Source: an uncultured Armatimonadetes bacterium
Lineage (GTDB): Bacteria; Armatimonadota; UBA5829; DTJY01
Direction of reading: 5' to 3'
NCBI GenBank assembly: GCA_963717145.1
Contig: OY970325.1
Coordinates: forward strand, 736,001 to 800,000
Length of the DNA: 64,000 bases
The position numbers were made by a program, and so were the translations under genes. Position 1 is the first letter of the stretch, and every line of letters begins with the position of its first letter. This document shows positions 50,128 to 59,508 of this stretch, in pieces. The notes beneath the pieces are model-generated. The model saw only the letters and a program-made list of their open reading frames with translations, was not told the DNA's origin and did no database searches.

Positions 50128-50817
50128 GTGCATTTGCGAGTCAGGACATTGGCGGCCATCGTGCTGTTGGCTATTGTGGCCGCAGTACCGGCGTTCGCAG
50201 GGCAGTTCATCAAGCCGAATGATCGAGTTGTGTTCCTCGGCGATAGCATCACGGCACAGAGGCTGTACACCAAGTACATCGAGGACTACTTTGCCGCATC
50301 CCGTCCCGAGATGAACGTTACGTTTGTGAACGCAGGTGTTGGCGGCGACCAGTCGAGTGCCGCTCTCGATCGAGTGCAGAAGGACGTTATCGATCAGAAG
50401 CCGACCGTTGTCACGATCAGCTTCGGGATGAATGATGCCATGTACAGGCGGACCGTTGACATGAAGGGACTCGAGACGTTCAAGGACGGACTGACCAAGC
50501 TGATCTCCACAATTCGCTCGCAGACGGATGCGCGCGTCGTACTGCTAACGGCCACCTGCGTCGATGACAACGGCCATGATTGGCTGAAGGGCTACAACAT
50601 CACGCTGTCACGCTTCGTCGCGGAGACGAAGAAGATCGCGGCGAAGGAAGGCATCCCGGTCATAGACCTGTTCCACCCCCTGCGCGCGGCACTGGCAATC
50701 GGGCGGCGCGCCGATGACACGTTCACACTGATTCCGGACGGTGTTCACCCGAACGAAGCCGGACATCGGATAATGGCTGATACGATCCTGCGGGCATGGG
50801 GCGAAAACCCTAAGTAA
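50128..50817 (+). CDS. Secreted SGNH/GDSL esterase
   Basis: FLGDSIT, NAGVGG, FGMND, DGVHP. Confidence 0.92.
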   Translation: MHLRVRTLAAIVLLAIVAAVPAFAGQFIKPNDRVVFLGDSITAQRLYTKYIEDYFAASRPEMNVTFVNAGVGGDQSSAALDRVQKDVIDQKPTVVTISFGMNDAMYRRTVDMKGLETFKDGLTKLISTIRSQTDARVVLLTATCVDDNGHDWLKGYNITLSRFVAETKKIAAKEGIPVIDLFHPLRAALAIGRRADDTFTLIPDGVHPNEAGHRIMADTILRAWGENPK

Positions 50818-50857
50818 GGGGACCGCGCTGGCAGGATGTGACCTCGGAGGTGTATAT

Positions 50858-52060
50858 ATGTCGAATCTGCGTCTGATGCTTGGTATTCTGCTCACAGTCT
50901 GCTCGGCAGTCTGTCTCGCCTCCAACCTGGAGATCAAGGTCAAGCTGCTCCCCGAGCACTCGGGCGCGATCGTGCCGGTCATGGTGAAGGTGGATGCGGC
51001 TCGGATGGAGGGTGTCGATCCGGCACTGTACTGCATGAAGGATACCTCGTCGCCGAGACGTCTGCCGTTCCAGTACGACAAGGCCACCGGCACCCTCGAG
51101 TTCGCGGTCGACGTGCCCGAGATCACGAAGCCGACGACCAAAACATTCCGCCTCGTGCGCGAGTATCCGATATACGGTGACGGCCTCTGGGTCGACAGTG
51201 AGGAGAGCGGATCGCTCATCGTCAGGCAGGGAGACCTGCAGATCTTCGTCTACAACTACGCCTCGATGCTGCCGGCGGGCGTGCCCGAGCAGTATCGCAG
51301 GAGCTGCTACATCCACCCAGTCTTCGGTCCTCTTGGCGAGATGCTGACCGACGACTTCCCCAAGGACCACTACCATCACCGGGGCCTCTCCGTCATGTGG
51401 ACGCACGTGGTCGTCGGCGGAAAAGATCACGACCTCTGGGCGCTGAACGGCATGAAGCCGAGATTCAGCAAGGTCTTGGCCATGGAGGACGGCCCCGTCT
51501 ATTCGCTCCTCAAGGTGAACGACGGCTGGTACACGAGCGACTGCGTGCGGGTCGTCGATGAGACCTGGACCGTCAAGACCTACGCGTCGGGCGAATACGG
51601 TCGGATCGTCGATCTCGACATCCTTCTGAAGGCGGTAGATCAGCCGGTCTCCGTGAAGTCGTCGGATCGGGGATATGGCGGGCTCCAAGTCAGATTCGCG
51701 CCGAGGGAGAACACAGTCCTGTTCAGCGAGAAGGGCCGAGTCCCTCAGGACACCGACAAGGAGCCGTTCCTCTGGAACGATCTTTCGGCCAAGTTTCAGG
51801 GCGCCGAGGATGTGACCGGGCTGGCGATCTTCGACAATCCAGGCAACGTCCGGCATCCTCAGCCGTGGACCAACCGGTATTATGGTGTGCTCAATCCCGC
51901 GCCGGCTGCGATCGAGCCGATCACAATCACGAAGGATCAGCCGCTCCACCTGCGATACCGCGTCTGGATACACATCGGCGACGTGCAGTCGGGCAGGGTG
52001 GCGCAGGCGTACCAGGCGTATGCGCATCCACCGGTGGTGGAAGTGAGCAGTCAACGGTAA
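50858..52060 (+). CDS. Secreted DUF6807 (so-called PmoA family) protein 1
   Basis: YIHPV..P.GEMLTDDFPKDHYHHRGL, GYGG, LRYRVWIH. Confidence 0.8.
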   Translation: MSNLRLMLGILLTVCSAVCLASNLEIKVKLLPEHSGAIVPVMVKVDAARMEGVDPALYCMKDTSSPRRLPFQYDKATGTLEFAVDVPEITKPTTKTFRLVREYPIYGDGLWVDSEESGSLIVRQGDLQIFVYNYASMLPAGVPEQYRRSCYIHPVFGPLGEMLTDDFPKDHYHHRGLSVMWTHVVVGGKDHDLWALNGMKPRFSKVLAMEDGPVYSLLKVNDGWYTSDCVRVVDETWTVKTYASGEYGRIVDLDILLKAVDQPVSVKSSDRGYGGLQVRFAPRENTVLFSEKGRVPQDTDKEPFLWNDLSAKFQGAEDVTGLAIFDNPGNVRHPQPWTNRYYGVLNPAPAAIEPITITKDQPLHLRYRVWIHIGDVQSGRVAQAYQAYAHPPVVEVSSQR

Positions 52061-52125
52061 GAATCCCCTTGGCGTCCGTTGGCGTCTTGGCGGTTCACAG
52101 AATCTGAAGGGAGAAATCAGGTTTC

Positions 52126-53361
52126 ATGTCCTCAAACAAACTGACTCGACGCGAGTTCGTGACAACATCCGCCGCGGGCCTCGCGGTCGGAGCGCTTTCC
52201 GCCAGTCCCGCAGCCGCGCGCATCGTCGGCGCGAACGACCGGCTCTCGATCGGCATTATCGGCGCGGGCGGGCAGGGACGCGGCCAGATGTCCGCGATCG
52301 TCAACTTGGCGGACTCCATGAACGCTGAGATCACGGCGGTCTGCGACGTCTGGAAGGTGAGCATGGACGCGGCGGTGGCGATGGTGCAGAAGAAGTGGAA
52401 TCGCGAGCCGAGGAAGTTCACCAACTACCACGACCTGCTCGCCCTCGATGACATCGACGCCGTCGTGATCGCCAGCCCGGATTTCCACCACTCGCGGCAG
52501 TTGGCGGCGGCCGTCCGAGCGGGCAAGGACGTCTACTGCGAGAAGCCGATGGCCTCCGAGTTCAAGGATGCGAAGGAAGCGCTGCACGCGACCCTCGAGA
52601 CCGGGCGCATCGTTCAGAGCGGCACTCAGCGCCGGAGCGACGGGCGACATAAGGCCGGCGCGGAGTTCATCAAGTCCGGGGCGCTCGGGAAGATCAGCCG
52701 CGTCGAGTGCGCGTGGAACGACTGCGGGCCGAGATGGAGACGGGGTATCGAGGGTGTGAAGGCCGAGGACGTAGACTGGAAGATGTACCTCGAAGGCCGG
52801 AAGAGCCGCCCGTTCGACGCCCATCAGTTCCGCGAGTGGCACCTCTACAAGGAGTTCAGCATAGGTACGATCGGCCTCCTCGGCAGTCACATGATCGACG
52901 TGGTCCACTGGTTCATGGATGACCCGCTCCCGATCAGCGCGGTTGCGGGCGGCGGGAACTACGCGTGGGACGATGGGCGTGAGAACGAGGACACGATGTA
53001 TGCCATCATCGAGTATCCCAAGGGATGGGTACTCAGATACTGCACGGGCCTCGGGAACTCAGTGGGGAACAACTGCTACTTCTACGGCACGAACGGCTCG
53101 TTCGATACCAACACCTGGAAGGCAAGCGGCGCGGGCGGCGCGGGGGCGAAGAAGATCGCGGCGGAGATCGACGTGAAGCCTCTCCCCGGCGAGAACCACA
53201 TGGGGAACTTCCTCGAATGCGTCCGAAGCCGGAAGCAGCCGAACGCCGATATCCACACGGGATACGCGCACGCGGTCGCCTCACTCATGGGCGGGATGGC
53301 TCTCCGCAAGGGTAAGCGGATGGTCTACGACGCCGTCAAGCAGGAGATCAAGGAGGGCTGA
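52126..53361 (+). CDS. Tat-exported Gfo/Idh/MocA oxidoreductase 3
   Basis: TRREFV, GIIGAGG, IASPDFHH, YCEKP. Confidence 0.92.
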   Translation: MSSNKLTRREFVTTSAAGLAVGALSASPAAARIVGANDRLSIGIIGAGGQGRGQMSAIVNLADSMNAEITAVCDVWKVSMDAAVAMVQKKWNREPRKFTNYHDLLALDDIDAVVIASPDFHHSRQLAAAVRAGKDVYCEKPMASEFKDAKEALHATLETGRIVQSGTQRRSDGRHKAGAEFIKSGALGKISRVECAWNDCGPRWRRGIEGVKAEDVDWKMYLEGRKSRPFDAHQFREWHLYKEFSIGTIGLLGSHMIDVVHWFMDDPLPISAVAGGGNYAWDDGRENEDTMYAIIEYPKGWVLRYCTGLGNSVGNNCYFYGTNGSFDTNTWKASGAGGAGAKKIAAEIDVKPLPGENHMGNFLECVRSRKQPNADIHTGYAHAVASLMGGMALRKGKRMVYDAVKQEIKEG

Positions 53362-53366
53362 CTGCG

Positions 53367-54566
53367 ATGAGCCGAATCACTCTTCTGGTCGCCTTAATAT
53401 TGATCTCCTCTCTGTGCGCCGCTTCCGGGTCGAGGATGATCGTCGTCTCCGCACCGGAATGCGACTACTCCCACGTGCCGGTCAGTGTCCTGGTCACGCC
53501 TCCGCCAGGGATCAACACGTATACGCTTCGTACGTCGGACGGCAAGGAGGTTCCTTGCCAGACTTGGAGCGTGGGCAACAAGACGAAGGTCGCCTGGATC
53601 CTGGACAGACTGGAGAAAGGGACGAGCCGGACCTATCGTCTCGACTTCGCACTGGGACCGTGGCCGAAGTATGGTCCCATGCCGGTTGACGTACTGCAGC
53701 GCGAGTCCGGCTCGGTGGATATTCTGCTTGACCGCAAGCTGTTCACCAGTTACCAATTCGCCGACGGTCCGAAGCCGTACTGCTACCCACTCATCGGGCC
53801 GACCGGTGACCCGGTCACCCGCAACTACCCGATGAAGGAAGTCGAGGGCGAGACGAAGGACCACCCGCATCACCGATCCTGGTGGTTCACGTTCGGAAGC
53901 GTGAACGGCATCGACTTCTGGTCGGAATCGCCGAAAGCCGGGAGGATCTTCCATATCAGGTTCGAGACGCTCGAATCCGGCCCGGTCACGGGGCGGATCA
54001 AGTCGCGGAACAGCTGGATCGCGCCGGATGGGAGCAAGGTGTGCGAGGACGTGCGAGAGATCATCATCTATCGCGTTCCAAATGGCCGCCTGATGGACTT
54101 CAATGTGACCGTTCGGGCGACGGAAGGCCCCGTCACGTTCGGCGACACGAAGGAGGGCATGATGGGCTTCCGCGTCGCAAGTTCGATGGACGCCGATCGA
54201 GGCGGGCACATCGTCAACTCGCGCGGGCAGAAGGACGGCGACACGTGGGGAATGCCCGCGGAGTGGGTGGACTACTACGGCCCGGTCAACGGCAAGACGG
54301 TTGGCATCGCGGTCCTCGATCACCCGTCGAGCTTCCGTCATCCGACCTACTGGCACGTGCGGACCTACGGGCTCTTCGCGGCCAATCCGTTCGGCCTGAA
54401 GGATTTCCCGGACGGGAAGGGCAAGGACGGCAGCCACACGATACCCGCGGGCGGAGAGATGCGCTTCCGTTATCGCGTTCTCATCCATGAAGGCGACACC
54501 GAGCAGGCCGGAATCAGCGCCGCCTTCGATTCCTATGCCCATCCGCCCAAGGTCACTGTCCGATAG
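53367..54566 (+). CDS. Secreted DUF6807 protein 2
   Basis: KPYCYPL, DHPHHRS, GDTKEG, WHVRTYGLFAANPFG. Confidence 0.82.
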   Translation: MSRITLLVALILISSLCAASGSRMIVVSAPECDYSHVPVSVLVTPPPGINTYTLRTSDGKEVPCQTWSVGNKTKVAWILDRLEKGTSRTYRLDFALGPWPKYGPMPVDVLQRESGSVDILLDRKLFTSYQFADGPKPYCYPLIGPTGDPVTRNYPMKEVEGETKDHPHHRSWWFTFGSVNGIDFWSESPKAGRIFHIRFETLESGPVTGRIKSRNSWIAPDGSKVCEDVREIIIYRVPNGRLMDFNVTVRATEGPVTFGDTKEGMMGFRVASSMDADRGGHIVNSRGQKDGDTWGMPAEWVDYYGPVNGKTVGIAVLDHPSSFRHPTYWHVRTYGLFAANPFGLKDFPDGKGKDGSHTIPAGGEMRFRYRVLIHEGDTEQAGISAAFDSYAHPPKVTVR

Positions 54567-54706
54567 CAGCATACACCGTCAGTCCTGAGTGCGCCTCTGG
54601 GCGTGTATCGAAGGACGGCTCGGTGCATCAAGGCCGTCCTTCGTTACACGCCGTCATTCACCGGCGCACTCAGGACTGACGGTGGTTGGAAGGACTGAGA
54701 GAACTC

Positions 54707-56572
54707 ATGCAAAACTTCACCACCTTCGACCTGATTGTGGTCTTGGTCTACCTCATCGGTATCGCCGGGCTGGGCATCTACCAGGCCCGCAAGATCAAGA
54801 CTTCCGGCGACTACTTCGCCGGCGGGCGCAAGTTCAACAAGTGGCTCATGATGATGCACGCGCTCGGCACCGGCACCCACGCCGATGATCCGGTAGGTGT
54901 CACCGGCGCGGCCTACTGGAACGGTCTATCGGGCATCTGGTATACATTCGTCTACCTCTTCGTGACCCCATTCTACTGGCTCGTCGCCCCGCTTTTCAGA
55001 CGATCGAGGTTCATCACGACGGCCGATTTCTTCAAGGCGCGCTTCGGAAGCAAGATGGCGATGCTCTATGCCCTGATGGGCATATTGATGTTCGCCGTCA
55101 ATATCGGCACTCTGCTGAAGGGGACGGGCACCATCGCCACAGCGGTGACCGGCGGCGCACTCCCGGAATGGCTGGCCATCGCCGGCATGACGGTGGTCTT
55201 CGTTGCATACGGATTCGCGGGCGGACTGATCGCCACTGTCGTCACTGAGTCGATCCAGGGCGTGCTGATAGTCGTGATGTCGCTGCTCCTGGTTCCATTC
55301 GGGCTGGCGAAGGTAGGTGGATTCGCCGGTCTGCATCAGATGATCTCCGCTGACAAGTTCAGCCTCCACGCGCCGACCGAGATGACGATCCCCTGGATCA
55401 TCACCGGATCGGTCATGATGCTGATCGGCATTGTGGCTCAGCCGCACATCATGGAGGTCTGCTCGACCGGCAAGACCGAGTTCGAAGGCAGGGTGGGGTT
55501 CACCTACGGGAATTTCGTCAAGCGGTTCTGTGCGATCGGCTGGGCTTTCACCGGCGTTGTCGTACTTGCGATGGTGGCGGCGCACGCACTGCCTGCGCTG
55601 ACCGATAAGACGAGAGAGGCGGCATTCGGTATCGCCATTCGCGAGCTTCTTCCGGCGGGACTCACAGGACTGATGTTCGCGGCAATACTTGCCGCGCAGA
55701 TGTCGTCGCTGAGCGCGTTCATGGTGGCCGGTTCCGCCCTGCTTGCGAGGAACATCTACAGGGAGCAGGTGAATCCGAATGTAAACGACCAGACGCTGCT
55801 CTCGATCGCCCGGTGGGTAGGCCTTGTGATAGTAGCGCTCGGCGTCGGATTCGCCTTTGCCGTCGAGGGAGTCGCCAAGGCGCTCACGATCTTCTGGGCG
55901 ATGGCGACGTTCACCGGCGTGTTCATGTGGTTCGGCGTCCTGTGGCGCAGGGCAAATGCGACCGGCGCCTGGCTCTCGTTCAGCGTCATGGCAGGGATAT
56001 GGCTCGTGCTGGGTCCGTTCGGCGGCGTGCTCAAGTCGCTCATCGCATCGAGCCCGGACTGGTTCGGGATGTACGCCGACAAGAAGATGCTTCAGAGCCT
56101 GGCGCTCTCGTTCGTGCCCGCAGGCATCGTTGCGCTGATCATCGGGAGCCTCGCCGCTGATCGTGAGAAGAGCAAGGTGCCGGCATTCGGATGGACGTGC
56201 GCTGTTGTGGTGGCGTGGCTGATTCTATTGCCTACTGTACATGGCCATGAGGTAGAGGCATCGATCGTATTCAGCTCATTGACGAACTGCCTTGGGGCAG
56301 CAGTCATCTCACTCGTCTTCGGCAGCATATTCAGGCACACTGCCGATCAGAAGAAGCTCGATCAGTTCTACCTGCTGCTCAGGACGCCGGTCGGTCGCGA
56401 GGATGAACTCAAGAAGGCCGGCGTGGATGTCGTCTACGCAGGGAACACCGAGGGGCATCCGTGGGAGCTGAACCACCCGCGACTGGTGAACATCGGCGGG
56501 TTCATAGTGGCGGCGGTCTTCTCCCTGGCGATCCTGGGGCTGCTCTACCTGCTGTCGAGGATCGGGGCGTAA
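54707..56572 (+). CDS. Sodium:solute symporter
   Basis: DYFAGGR, many TM helices, GLMFAAILAAQMSS. Confidence 0.92.
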   Translation: MQNFTTFDLIVVLVYLIGIAGLGIYQARKIKTSGDYFAGGRKFNKWLMMMHALGTGTHADDPVGVTGAAYWNGLSGIWYTFVYLFVTPFYWLVAPLFRRSRFITTADFFKARFGSKMAMLYALMGILMFAVNIGTLLKGTGTIATAVTGGALPEWLAIAGMTVVFVAYGFAGGLIATVVTESIQGVLIVVMSLLLVPFGLAKVGGFAGLHQMISADKFSLHAPTEMTIPWIITGSVMMLIGIVAQPHIMEVCSTGKTEFEGRVGFTYGNFVKRFCAIGWAFTGVVVLAMVAAHALPALTDKTREAAFGIAIRELLPAGLTGLMFAAILAAQMSSLSAFMVAGSALLARNIYREQVNPNVNDQTLLSIARWVGLVIVALGVGFAFAVEGVAKALTIFWAMATFTGVFMWFGVLWRRANATGAWLSFSVMAGIWLVLGPFGGVLKSLIASSPDWFGMYADKKMLQSLALSFVPAGIVALIIGSLAADREKSKVPAFGWTCAVVVAWLILLPTVHGHEVEASIVFSSLTNCLGAAVISLVFGSIFRHTADQKKLDQFYLLLRTPVGREDELKKAGVDVVYAGNTEGHPWELNHPRLVNIGGFIVAAVFSLAILGLLYLLSRIGA

Positions 56573-56583
56573 GCAGAGTCACC

Positions 56584-56648
56584 GTAGTGGCCGTGCCTCC
56601 GTGCCGGCCAGAAGGTGTGGTAGGCCGGCACGGAGGCACGGCCACTAC
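56584..56648. repeat. 65-bp REP doublet, family A copy 4
   Basis: Arms carry a compensatory C/G change. Confidence 0.92.
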
Positions 56649-56664
56649 ACGTGACGGAGGTCGA

Positions 56665-57531
56665 ATGCCTATCACACGTAGAGAATGTCTCAGGCTGGGA
56701 GCGGTCGCAGGACTCGCCGCGCTGATACCATTGCCCGCGTTTGCCGCTCAGAGAAAGGAGATCAAGGCCAGGATGAAGCTGGGACTTGTCACGTACAACA
56801 TTGCCAACAAATGGGACCTGCCCACTCTGATCGAGAAGTGCAAGGCGACCGGGATCGAGGGCGTCGAACTCCGAACGACCCATGCCCATGGAGTCGAGCC
56901 GTCGCTCAACAAGCAACAGAGGCAGGACGTCCGCAAGCGGTTCGAGGACTCCGGCGTCGTCCTGTGGGGGCTCGGCTCGATCTGCGAGTTCCACCAGACC
57001 GATCCCGCTGTCGTCAAGAAAAACATCGAGGACTGCAAGGCGTTCACCCTCCTCGCCGTCGATCTCGGCGCGAAGGGCGTCAAGGTCCGCCCGAACGGCC
57101 TCCCTGACGAGGTCCCCATCGAGAAGACGATCGAGCAGATCGGGCTCGCGCTCAAGGAGTGCGGACGTTTCGCCGCCGATCAAGGCATCGAGATATGGGT
57201 CGAGGTCCACGGCCCGAAGTCGTGTCACCCGCCGTACATCAGGGCGATGCTCGATCGCTGCGACCATCCCTCGGTCGGCGCGTGTTGGAACTCGAACCTC
57301 CAGGACATCAAGGATGGCTCGGTCAAGGAGTACTTCAACCTGCTGAGGCCGGACATCAAGTCGTGCCACATCACCGAGTTGTGGAAGACCGACTACCCCT
57401 GGCGAGAGCTGTTCTCGCTGTTCAAGGCTTCGAACTATGACCGCTTTACACTCGCCGAGATCCCTGAGAGCGCGGATCCCGACCGGGTGCTTCACTACTA
57501 CAAGGCGCTCTGGCAGGAGTATACCAGGTGA
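56665..57531 (+). CDS. Tat-exported xylose-isomerase-like TIM barrel (AP_endonuc_2) protein 1
   Basis: TRRECL, GVELR, VEVHG. Confidence 0.85.
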   Translation: MPITRRECLRLGAVAGLAALIPLPAFAAQRKEIKARMKLGLVTYNIANKWDLPTLIEKCKATGIEGVELRTTHAHGVEPSLNKQQRQDVRKRFEDSGVVLWGLGSICEFHQTDPAVVKKNIEDCKAFTLLAVDLGAKGVKVRPNGLPDEVPIEKTIEQIGLALKECGRFAADQGIEIWVEVHGPKSCHPPYIRAMLDRCDHPSVGACWNSNLQDIKDGSVKEYFNLLRPDIKSCHITELWKTDYPWRELFSLFKASNYDRFTLAEIPESADPDRVLHYYKALWQEYTR

Positions 57532-58427
57532 CGAGCAGACGTGATTTCCTGAGACTCGGTGGATTGGCCGCCGTCGGTGCCGTCAGCGGATTGGTGCCGG
57601 TGACCGGTGCTGAGCCGATTGCGCGCAAGGGCGGGCCGGCGATCAAAGTCGGCTGTGCGGCCTACTCCTACAGGCAGTATCTACAGGGAGCCGGTGCATC
57701 GATGACGATGGAAAGCTTCCTCGACACCGCGGCGGAGATCGGCTGCGATGGCGTCGAGCTGACGTCTTACTACTGGCCGCCGGACTTCGACCTGAAGTAC
57801 ACCGGCAAGCTGAAGAGGCGGGCACTCATCCTCGGGCTCGACATCAGCGCCACTTCGGTCGGCAACAAGTTCAGCGTGCCACCAGGCCCCGAGCGCGACA
57901 AGAATCTCGATCTGGTGAAGACGTGGATCAAGCACGCCGCCGAGATGGGGGCGCCGTGCATGAGGATATTCGGCGGAGGGGTCCCGGCCGGCTCGACTGA
58001 GGAGCAGGCGACGGCATGGATCGTCGAGTGCGTGAAGGAATGCCTCCCGCTCGCCGAACAGCACGGGGTGGTCCTGGCGCTCGAGAACCACGGAGGCGTC
58101 ACGACACTCGCAAAGAACCTCATCGCCATCGTCAAGGCAGTGGACTCCGATTGGCTGGGCGTCAACCTCGATACCGGGAACTTCGCCACTGCTGACCCGT
58201 ATGCAGACCTCGCCGAGGCGGCGCCGTATGCGGTCACCACTCATTTCAAGACGCAAATCCATCCCGCGGGGAAGGACAAACAGCCCGCAGACCTGAAAAG
58301 GATAGTGGATATACTCAGAGGCGTCGGGTATCGCGGCTACGTTACCCTCGAGTACGAAGCTGCCGAGGACTCGAAGACCGCCGTTCCGAAGGCAATCAAC
58401 GCGCTGAGGGAAATGGTTCATGGCTGA
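57528..58427 (+). CDS. Tat-exported xylose-isomerase-like TIM barrel protein 2
   Basis: SRRDFLR, LENHGG, NLDTGNF, HFK, LEYE. Confidence 0.9.
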   Translation: MTSRRDFLRLGGLAAVGAVSGLVPVTGAEPIARKGGPAIKVGCAAYSYRQYLQGAGASMTMESFLDTAAEIGCDGVELTSYYWPPDFDLKYTGKLKRRALILGLDISATSVGNKFSVPPGPERDKNLDLVKTWIKHAAEMGAPCMRIFGGGVPAGSTEEQATAWIVECVKECLPLAEQHGVVLALENHGGVTTLAKNLIAIVKAVDSDWLGVNLDTGNFATADPYADLAEAAPYAVTTHFKTQIHPAGKDKQPADLKRIVDILRGVGYRGYVTLEYEAAEDSKTAVPKAINALREMVHG

Positions 58428-58485
58428 TGGTTAATGGGGAGTGCCGGCCCCAATCATCAACCATCGACCATCAACCATCAACCAT
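58413..58485. repeat. Inverted heptamer array (same family as 29637); contains the upstream stop codon
   Basis: atggttc atggctg atggtta atgg...ccatcga ccatcaa ccatcaa ccat. Confidence 0.78.
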
Positions 58486-58504
58486 TCTCCAGAGGAGGAC
58501 ACGA

Positions 58505-59389
58505 ATGACAAGTCTGAAGACGAAACTCGCTATCATACTGGGAGGTGCTTTCTTGATTACCGGAATCGTGGGCGCAATGGCGGCAAAGCCTGCCGAGGCG
58601 AAGCGACCCAAGGTCTTTCTCGCGTGTGAGACGTACAGCATCAGAAACATCATGTCCAAAGAGCCCGCCGAGGGCAAGTACGACATGATCGGGGTCATGA
58701 AGCTGATGAAGGATATCGGCATGAAGGGTGTCACGCTCAATGACATCTGGATGAAGTCCTACGACAAGCCCTATCTCGATCAGATCAAGAAGGCGGCCAA
58801 GGTCAACGGCATCATTATCGCCGGCCTCATCTGCGAGGGGAACCTCTCCACGACGGACGACGCGGCATGGAAGAAGCAGATCGAGGTCGACCGAGAGAAG
58901 ATGCGCGCGGCCTCGTACCTCGGAGCGAAGATCGTTCGCCTGAACCTTGGCCCGGGGGAGGACACCGTGGCTACGGACAGATGCATCGCCGCCTTCAAGG
59001 AACTCCTTCCGCTCGCCAAGGAGTTGAAGCTCAAGATGACAATCGAGAACCACGGCGGTCCGTCGAAGAAGGCCGACAATATCATTCGCATCATCAAGAG
59101 CACGGACCCGAAGTGGGTCGGGTCGTGCATGGACTTCAGGAACTGGCCGCCTGAGCTGATCCTCGAGGAGAACGCCAAGGTCGCTCCTTATGCATATCAT
59201 GTCCATGCGAAGGCCCACAACTTCGACGAGAAGGGCGAGGAGACCTCGGTGTCATACGGCAAGGTGCTCCAGATGCTGAAGGATGCGAACTACAAGGGCG
59301 CGGTCTCGATCGAGTTCGAAGGCCCCGGCGACCAGATCGAGGGCGTGAAGAAGACCCGCGACCTGATCCTCAAGTACTGGAAGATGTAG
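58505..59389 (+). CDS. Secreted xylose-isomerase-like TIM barrel protein 3
   Basis: GAGGAGG RBS; Sec-like signal; IENHGG, MDFRN, HVHAK, SIEFEG. Confidence 0.88.
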   Translation: MTSLKTKLAIILGGAFLITGIVGAMAAKPAEAKRPKVFLACETYSIRNIMSKEPAEGKYDMIGVMKLMKDIGMKGVTLNDIWMKSYDKPYLDQIKKAAKVNGIIIAGLICEGNLSTTDDAAWKKQIEVDREKMRAASYLGAKIVRLNLGPGEDTVATDRCIAAFKELLPLAKELKLKMTIENHGGPSKKADNIIRIIKSTDPKWVGSCMDFRNWPPELILEENAKVAPYAYHVHAKAHNFDEKGEETSVSYGKVLQMLKDANYKGAVSIEFEGPGDQIEGVKKTRDLILKYWKM

Positions 59390-59409
59390 TCAGAGGCATA
59401 TGATCCAAT

Positions 59410-59486
59410 AACCACTGAGGCACGGAGTGCACGGAGGAATGCAGGACTAGACCTGTTCTTCTCCGTGTTCTCCGTGCCTCCGTGTT
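59410..59486. repeat. Inverted array of degenerate 9-mers (CACGGAG/CTCCGTG)
   Basis: cactgaggcacggagtgcacggag...ctccgtgttctccgtgcctccgtg; half copies at 27603-27630 and 5811-5838. Confidence 0.78.
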
Positions 59487-59508
59487 ATTATGTCTCAACG
59501 TTGGGCAA

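Noticed and set aside
50858..54566. Methane monooxygenase PmoA
   Set aside because: These are soluble secreted DUF6807 proteins without PmoA membrane helices, and pmoB/pmoC are absent; the family label is misleading
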